A stretch of 63,898 bases of DNA, filler included, from an uncultured bacterium (GTDB taxonomy: Bacteria; DYJV01): assembly GCA_964543655.1 (NCBI GenBank). It is 9 parts of 9 records of this genome, joined end to end, with 100 filler letters (N's around TTAATTAATTAA, not from the genome) between each part and the next. Parts side by side here need not be neighbours in the genome. Positions count along the whole stretch, not along the records: positions 49,610 to 59,141 come from CAZIZE010000009.1; positions 59,242 to 61,573 come from CAZIZE010000019.1; positions 61,674 to 63,898 come from CAZIZE010000021.1; 6 more parts are not named here. One strand, 5' to 3'. Positions 59,012 through 63,898 of the stretch are shown here, in pieces. The notes beneath the pieces are model-generated. The model ran no database searches and was not told where the DNA came from. It saw nothing but the letters and a program-made list of their open reading frames with translations. The stretch's first letter is position 1. Each line of letters opens with the position of its first letter. The translations under genes were made by a program, and so were the position numbers.

Positions 59012-59141
59012 ATTTTTAATATTATTTTTACTTTTATTTATCTTTTCAAGCTTTGAAATTAAGGCTAAAAATAATCCTCAAACAAAAGATAATAAAAGTG
59101 AAAAATTTTTTGATATATTCTCACCAGATAATTTAAAAGGG
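58992..59141 (+). CDS. Secreted protein, N-terminus only (truncated)
   Basis: Signal-peptide-like start overlapping the gspD stop, open to contig end. Confidence 0.5.
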
Positions 59142-59241
59142 NNNNNNNNNNNNNNNNNNNNNNNNNNNNNNNNNNNNNNNNNNNNTTAATTAATTAANNN
59201 NNNNNNNNNNNNNNNNNNNNNNNNNNNNNNNNNNNNNNNNN

Positions 59242-60342
59242 GTTTGGATAACTTAACACATATTCATTAGTTTCAATATCATAGTCTCTTATTGTTAAAT
59301 ATCCTGTTTGAAACAGTAGTGCTGCTGGATTTAAATTCTCAAGCTCATAAGTTGAAAATATGCTTTCTTCCACTATTAACTCCTCTGCTCTTGGCAGATA
59401 AAAATCTCTTTCCTTTAACAAATTCACCAGAAATGTCGGTGTGCCGCTTTCAAACCAGTAGTTTTTAAAATCTTGATTATCAAAAAAGCAAAATAAGGAA
59501 TATGGGTTAATTACCTTTAAATCTTTTTTTGAAAACCTATATCCATTGTAATAGTTCATTATTTTTTTTACCAATTCTTCTTTAGTTATTGAAAATTCCT
59601 CTGCTGTTTCTTTTAAATAATCATCAAAACAAAATTTAAGTTCTTGTTGAGTTACTCCAAGTAAATCTGCATATTTACTGTTCATAGTAATATCATTGAG
59701 ATTATTTAGCTCTGAAAACACTCCTGCTCTTGAAAACTTGCTCACTCCTGTAAGTAACACAAACCTTATGCTATTTGTTACATCAATATCTTTTATAACT
59801 CCATAAAACTCTTTAAGTATCTCTCTGTTTTCCTTGGCTATCTCTAAACTTTCTACCCCTTTTCCTAAATGACTTATTATTGGCTTATCATACTCATCTA
59901 TCATCACAACAACATTCTCATTAAATTTTTCTCTTGTTTTTAGTATCAATTCTTTAAATTTTAAGGGCAATATATTGTTTTCTAATTTTATATTAAAATC
60001 TTTAGCTTTTGTATTAAGAAATATTTGCAGGCTTTCTTTTAATAATTCTGGAGTTTTTAATGATAATGAATTAAAATCTATTATAATTACTGGATGTTTT
60101 TTCCAGTCATAATCAGAATCGTATATCCATAAGCCTTTAAATAATTCTCTATAGCCAATAAAAATATTTTTAAGCGTTGATACAAGAAGAGATTTACCAA
60201 ATCTTCTTGGGCGAGATAGAAAATAGAATTGACCATCACTAATTAATCTATAAAGTTTTTCTGTTTTATCTATATAGATACAATTTCTTTCAATAAGATT
60301 TTCAAATGATGATTGCCCTATGGGAAGTTTTTTTAGTTTCAT
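59242..60342 (-). CDS. AAA-ATPase-like / PD-(D/E)XK family protein, copy 3 (3'-truncated)
   Basis: LPIGQSSF, YIDKT, RPRRFGKS Walker A, IDEYDKP Walker B. Confidence 0.9.
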
Positions 60343-60431
60343 ATTGATAATATATCAATAACTTTAAATAAATTCAATTATTAATTTTCAGTCTAAAATT
60401 CTATCTTTACGTTATTGTAAATTAATAAATT

Positions 60432-60698
60432 TCAAATAAAGTTTATATCTTTTTTCTTATCAATTCCAATAACTTCTCTTTTATAATATTTCATTTGTCT
60501 GAATTTATAAACAATTATTGAATCTCCTTCATCTTTTTTTATTATTTTACTTAATTCATAAATCATTTTCTCATAATTTGCTTCAGTTATTTCTCCTTCA
60601 AACACAGAATTCTGCACCCATTGCAGATATTTTCTGCATGTTTTCAGCATTTTATTGCATCTCTTTTCATTTACATCATAATAAAGAATAACAAACAT
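60432..60698 (-). CDS. cas2: CRISPR-associated Cas2
   Basis: ILYYDV..KTCRKYLQWVQNSVFEG. Confidence 0.95.
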   Translation of the reverse strand: MFVILYYDVNEKRCNKMLKTCRKYLQWVQNSVFEGEITEANYEKMIYELSKIIKKDEGDSIIVYKFRQMKYYKREVIGIDKKKDINFI

Positions 60699-60710
60699 GA
60701 GTTTTTTTAA

Positions 60711-61573
60711 TCACCAATCCATTACAAATGGTGAGTATTCTTTTTCTTCCATTAAATGTTTTTCTATTTTGTACAGTTCAAGTCTTATAAGTCTTCTATA
60801 GCTTACCTGCTTTTTCAGTGAATGATGTTTTATTGTTTGTTTTAATTTTTCTTCTATAAGTTGCAGAAACTTCTTTTTCCCTGATTCATTTAAAATAATT
60901 CCATTTAAGCTTTTATCAAAATCTTTTGCGCCAATTACTCCTTTATTAATTGCAGAGAGAATTGTTCTATCTCCAATAACAGGTTTAAAAATTTCAGCAA
61001 CATCAAGATTTAAAGTGAACCTCCTAAAATTTGTTGTATGAAGGTAGCCAATTCTCGGGTCAAGATGAGTCTGGTATATTTCACTTAATACCATTGTGTA
61101 AATAATTGAATTTGAAAAACTTATAAGAGCATTGAGATAATCTTTTGGTGGCCGTCGAGTTCTAATTGTAAAAGAGAAATCAGGATTTTTAATAATTTCA
61201 CTAAATGCTGAATAATAAGATTGCTTTATTTGCCCTTCAAAAGCCATAAGTTTATCAAGTTCATCTTGGGACAGGCCAGTTAAAATTAATTTTTCAATTT
61301 CATTAATATATTTTTCAATGTTTTTTTCTCGTCTGTGATAATATTTTAAAATTTTTATACAATTCTTTGCTGCTCCTTCAACAAATTTTTTTGCAAGGAA
61401 AAGCCTTTTTCCTCTATCAAAATAAAATTTTTCTTGATTTATTATCATATATCCAGAATTGTAATGCTCTCTTGGATAAAATGAACCTGAATAGTAATCG
61501 TAGTAATTGAAGTAGTGAAGTATAATTTCCTTTTCTGTTAAGAAATTAAGTAATTTTGAATTAAGAGTAATTT
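60711..61573 (-). CDS. cas1: CRISPR-associated Cas1, type I-B style (5'-truncated)
   Basis: HYFNYYDYYSGSFYPRE, RRPPKDYLNALISF, DPRIGYLH, LDVAEIFKP; frame is open to the contig edge. Confidence 0.95.
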
Positions 61574-61674
61574 NNNNNNNNNNNNNNNNNNNNNNNNNNN
61601 NNNNNNNNNNNNNNNNNTTAATTAATTAANNNNNNNNNNNNNNNNNNNNNNNNNNNNNNNNNNNNNNNNNNNNA

Positions 61675-62070
61675 TGCGCAGCTGGCACTGGAAAATTTTT
61701 TGAAATAATGGCAAACACTCTTGGATACAAACTTGCTGATTTTTCTAAAATAAAATTGCAAGATGTTGATATAAGTATTTCAAGTATGTGTGCTGTATTT
61801 GCAGAAAGTGAGGTCACTTCATTATTGGCAAAAGGTGTTAATAGAGAGAGCATAGCTATTGCAGTGCATAAGTCTATTGTAAAGAGAATCATTCCTAAGC
61901 TTCAAGTTCTTATTTCCAACAATGAAAAAGTTATCTTTTGTGGAGGATGCGCTAAAAATAATCTTTTGAAAAAATTAATAGAAAAAGAGCTTAAAAGAGA
62001 AGTTTTTGTGCCTGATAACCCCCAAATCATTGGATCTTTTGGAGCCTCTTTAATCGCAATGAATAGTTAA
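61675..62070 (+). CDS. 2-hydroxyacyl-CoA dehydratase activase (HgdC/BadF-BadG ATPase), 5'-truncated
   Basis: CAAGTGKFFE, SSMCAVFAESEV, GGCAKN, PQIIGSFGA. Confidence 0.9.
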   Translation, partial: CAAGTGKFFEIMANTLGYKLADFSKIKLQDVDISISSMCAVFAESEVTSLLAKGVNRESIAIAVHKSIVKRIIPKLQVLISNNEKVIFCGGCAKNNLLKKLIEKELKREVFVPDNPQIIGSFGASLIAMNS

Positions 62071-62238
62071 TATAATTTTAACAACTCAAAAAAGAGAATA
62101 TGGCATTTTAAAATGAAAATTAATTATATTAGAATTAGAATCAATTGGCGAGTCATCTCTTGGAAATATTCAAGGGAAATAAAATCCTAAGAAAATTGAA
62201 ATTATGAACACTACTTACTTTTCGTTTTATCTCCTATT

Positions 62239-62433
62239 TTAACTATGCTTTTCCATATATTCTAAAATATCCTGAACTTTTATAAACCATTTATTTTTTT
62301 CTTTTATTCCTTTTATTTTGCCTCTATTGATTAAATTTCTTAGATAATCTGCTGAATATCCTGTTAATTCTGCTATTTTTTTTAATGTTAATTTTTCATT
62401 TTTTTCTCTATTTCTAAAATTTTTTTTTAATCT
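62239..62433 (-). pseudogene. 3' remnant of a gene ending in an excisionase-like HTH, cut by IS256
   Basis: Open frame without a start codon: ...LTLKKIAELTGYSADYLRNLINRGKIKGIKEKNKWFIKVQDILEYMEKHS*; abuts the proposed IS left end. Confidence 0.65.
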
Positions 62434-62490
62434 GGTAGTATATATGTTAATGTGTCTAATATATGTTTTTTATGTTAATGTAAGTTAGTT

Positions 62491-62521
62491 AAGTTATGGT
62501 TTCCCTGGGAAACCATAACTT
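62491..62521. repeat. Perfect palindrome inside the IS leader
   Basis: AAGTTATGGTTTCCC-T-GGGAAACCATAACTT (15-bp arms). Confidence 0.9.
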
Positions 62522-62590
62522 GCAAAATTTTTTCCCAGTTGGTTTTAAATTATGATGTAAAAAGTTAAATCCGAACAGAAGGAGGTAAAA

Positions 62591-63850
62591 ATGAATAAAA
62601 AAATTTTTAATAATTCTTTTGAAGGATTTTCATTATCAAAGAACTATAATGAATCATTAGCTGAATCAATAGCCAAATATTTGTCATCTAATATAAAAGA
62701 ATTGTTCATTATGAGTGAATCAGAAAGATTAAAAACAATAATGGAAGTATTAATGAAAGCAGAAAGAAGATTTCACGTAGATAATAATCCGCAAGATAAA
62801 TGTAATGGTTATCGGTCAAGGAAATTAAATACTTCAATGGGACAGATAGAATTAGAAGTGCCAAGAGATAGAGATGGAGATTTTTATCCATCAGTATTGC
62901 CTGAAAAATATAAGAGATTTGATTCATCATATACAAATTTGCTTAAAGCAGGATTAAATAATTTTTATTCCCAAACAGGAATGAAAAATTTTTTATCAAG
63001 TTTAGATTTGCCGTATTCGCAAGAAGAATTAAAAGAATTATCAGAGAAATTGTACGAAGAATTTCAAATATGGCAGCAGAGAGAATTGCCCCAGGATGTA
63101 GCAGCATTATTTATAGATGGATTTCATACTCAGTTGTATGATGAAGAAAATAGGAAGATGGTAAAAGCAGTAGTATATATAACAATAGGAATAGATTTTG
63201 AAGGGAAGAAGGATTTATATTCAGTAAATTTTATAACCGGTCATGAAAATAAGGATTCTTGGTTGTTAATATTTAATGAATTGATAAACAGAGGTCTAAA
63301 AAGGCCATTGGTGGTAGTATCAGATGATTTTAGAGGAATAACAGATGCTGTATCAGTAGCTTATCCAGGAGCATATCATCAATTATGCTGGACTCATTTC
63401 AGGAGGAATATAAGGCGTAATATGAATAAACAAGATGCAAAAGAATTTTCATCTGAAATGGATAAAATAAAATTAGAAAGAGATTTTGAAACCGGTAAAA
63501 ATGAATTTTTAAAAATGTTAGAAAAATACAAAAAGAAATATCCAGATTATATAAATAATTTAGAAAAGAAACATGAGCATATATTATGTTTTTTAAGATT
63601 TGAATCAAAATTGAGAAGATATTTTTACACAACAAATATAGTAGAAAGTTTTAACAATATATTAAGCATAATAGAAAGAAATTCAGGAAGTTTTTTCAGA
63701 TCTAAAAAAATGCTTGAATTAAATTGCTACCTAAAAAGAAATCAATTAAAAAATAAAAACTGGAGTAAACCAGTACCTCATATAAAAGCTAATATTTATT
63801 ATTTAATTCAAATGTTTGGGCTTAAATATGGTGAAAATCCCAAAATATAA
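62591..63850 (+). CDS. IS256 (Mutator-type) DDE transposase
   Basis: NGYR, VPRDRDG, FIDG, VSDD, HQLCWTH, YTTNIVESFN. Confidence 0.93.
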   Translation: MNKKIFNNSFEGFSLSKNYNESLAESIAKYLSSNIKELFIMSESERLKTIMEVLMKAERRFHVDNNPQDKCNGYRSRKLNTSMGQIELEVPRDRDGDFYPSVLPEKYKRFDSSYTNLLKAGLNNFYSQTGMKNFLSSLDLPYSQEELKELSEKLYEEFQIWQQRELPQDVAALFIDGFHTQLYDEENRKMVKAVVYITIGIDFEGKKDLYSVNFITGHENKDSWLLIFNELINRGLKRPLVVVSDDFRGITDAVSVAYPGAYHQLCWTHFRRNIRRNMNKQDAKEFSSEMDKIKLERDFETGKNEFLKMLEKYKKKYPDYINNLEKKHEHILCFLRFESKLRRYFYTTNIVESFNNILSIIERNSGSFFRSKKMLELNCYLKRNQLKNKNWSKPVPHIKANIYYLIQMFGLKYGENPKI

Positions 63851-63898
63851 ATAATGCTCTTTGATAATTTAATGAGGTTATATAAAATATTTTTATGC

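Larger units (their letters stand above)
62434..63898 (+). mobile_element. IS256-family insertion sequence (right end not seen)
   Basis: Proposed left IR GGTAGTATATATGTTAATGTGTCTAA at 62434-62459 followed by an intact transposase. Confidence 0.75.

Noticed and set aside
59242-59895. Template/variable repeat pair (diversity-generating retroelement) with 43072-43725
   Set aside because: Differences are not adenine-specific and are largely synonymous or conservative; both are coding paralogues; no reverse transcriptase is visible.
35438-61573. Treating the CRISPR array and cas1/cas2 as one physical locus
   Set aside because: They are on different contigs; linkage is plausible from subtype but not shown.
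62591-63850. IS256 transposase as mobiliser of the TAC...GTA MITEs
   Set aside because: Its proposed end (GGTAGT...) differs, and IS256 elements make 8-9 bp duplications, not 3 bp.

Overview
This window is not one continuous locus. It is nine very AT-rich bacterial contigs joined by eight artificial 100-nt spacers (N runs with TTAATTAATTAA) at 5060-5159, 18497-18596, 29118-29217, 35338-35437, 43726-43825, 49510-49609, 59142-59241 and 61574-61673. Adjacency across a spacer means nothing, although contigs 2 and 3 overlap by 141 bp and can be joined. Gene content suggests an anaerobic, flagellated diderm, possibly Desulfobacterota/Desulfurella/Deferribacter-like; the taxonomy is only an inference. 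Contents by contig: (1) aldehyde:ferredoxin oxidoreductase with an atypical ThiS/ThiF pair plus HAD, DUF89 and MBL-fold genes; (2) an acyl-CoA/beta-oxidation cluster (two thiolases, hbd, three acyl-CoA dehydrogenases, etfBA, a crotonase, a non-canonical FabH-like enzyme), a chalcone-isomerase-fold gene and tRNA-fMet; (3) pyrR-pyrB-pyrC-carA-ugd-surA-pdxA, flaG, a REC-anti-sigma kinase and DUF6125; (4) groESL, HD-GYP and fprA-flavodoxin; (5) the trailer end of a type I-B-like CRISPR array, priA, a TRAP transporter and DUF362; (6) a LIV-type ABC transporter with xanthine-dehydrogenase-family subunits; (7) a type II secretion cluster with an inserted repeat coiled-coil gene; (8) cas1-cas2 followed by an AAA-ATPase/PD-(D/E)XK gene; (9) a dehydratase activase and an IS256 element that truncates an HTH gene. 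The most notable unannotated signals are: a family of ~100-120 bp MITE-like elements (TAC...GTA ends, matched 3-bp TNA target duplications) that stack in intergenic spaces and carry REP-like palindromes; three AAA/PD-(D/E)XK paralogues, one sitting directly after cas2; non-canonical active sites in the ThiS/ThiF pair and in the FabH-like enzyme; and a FadR-like operator on a secreted CHI-fold protein.
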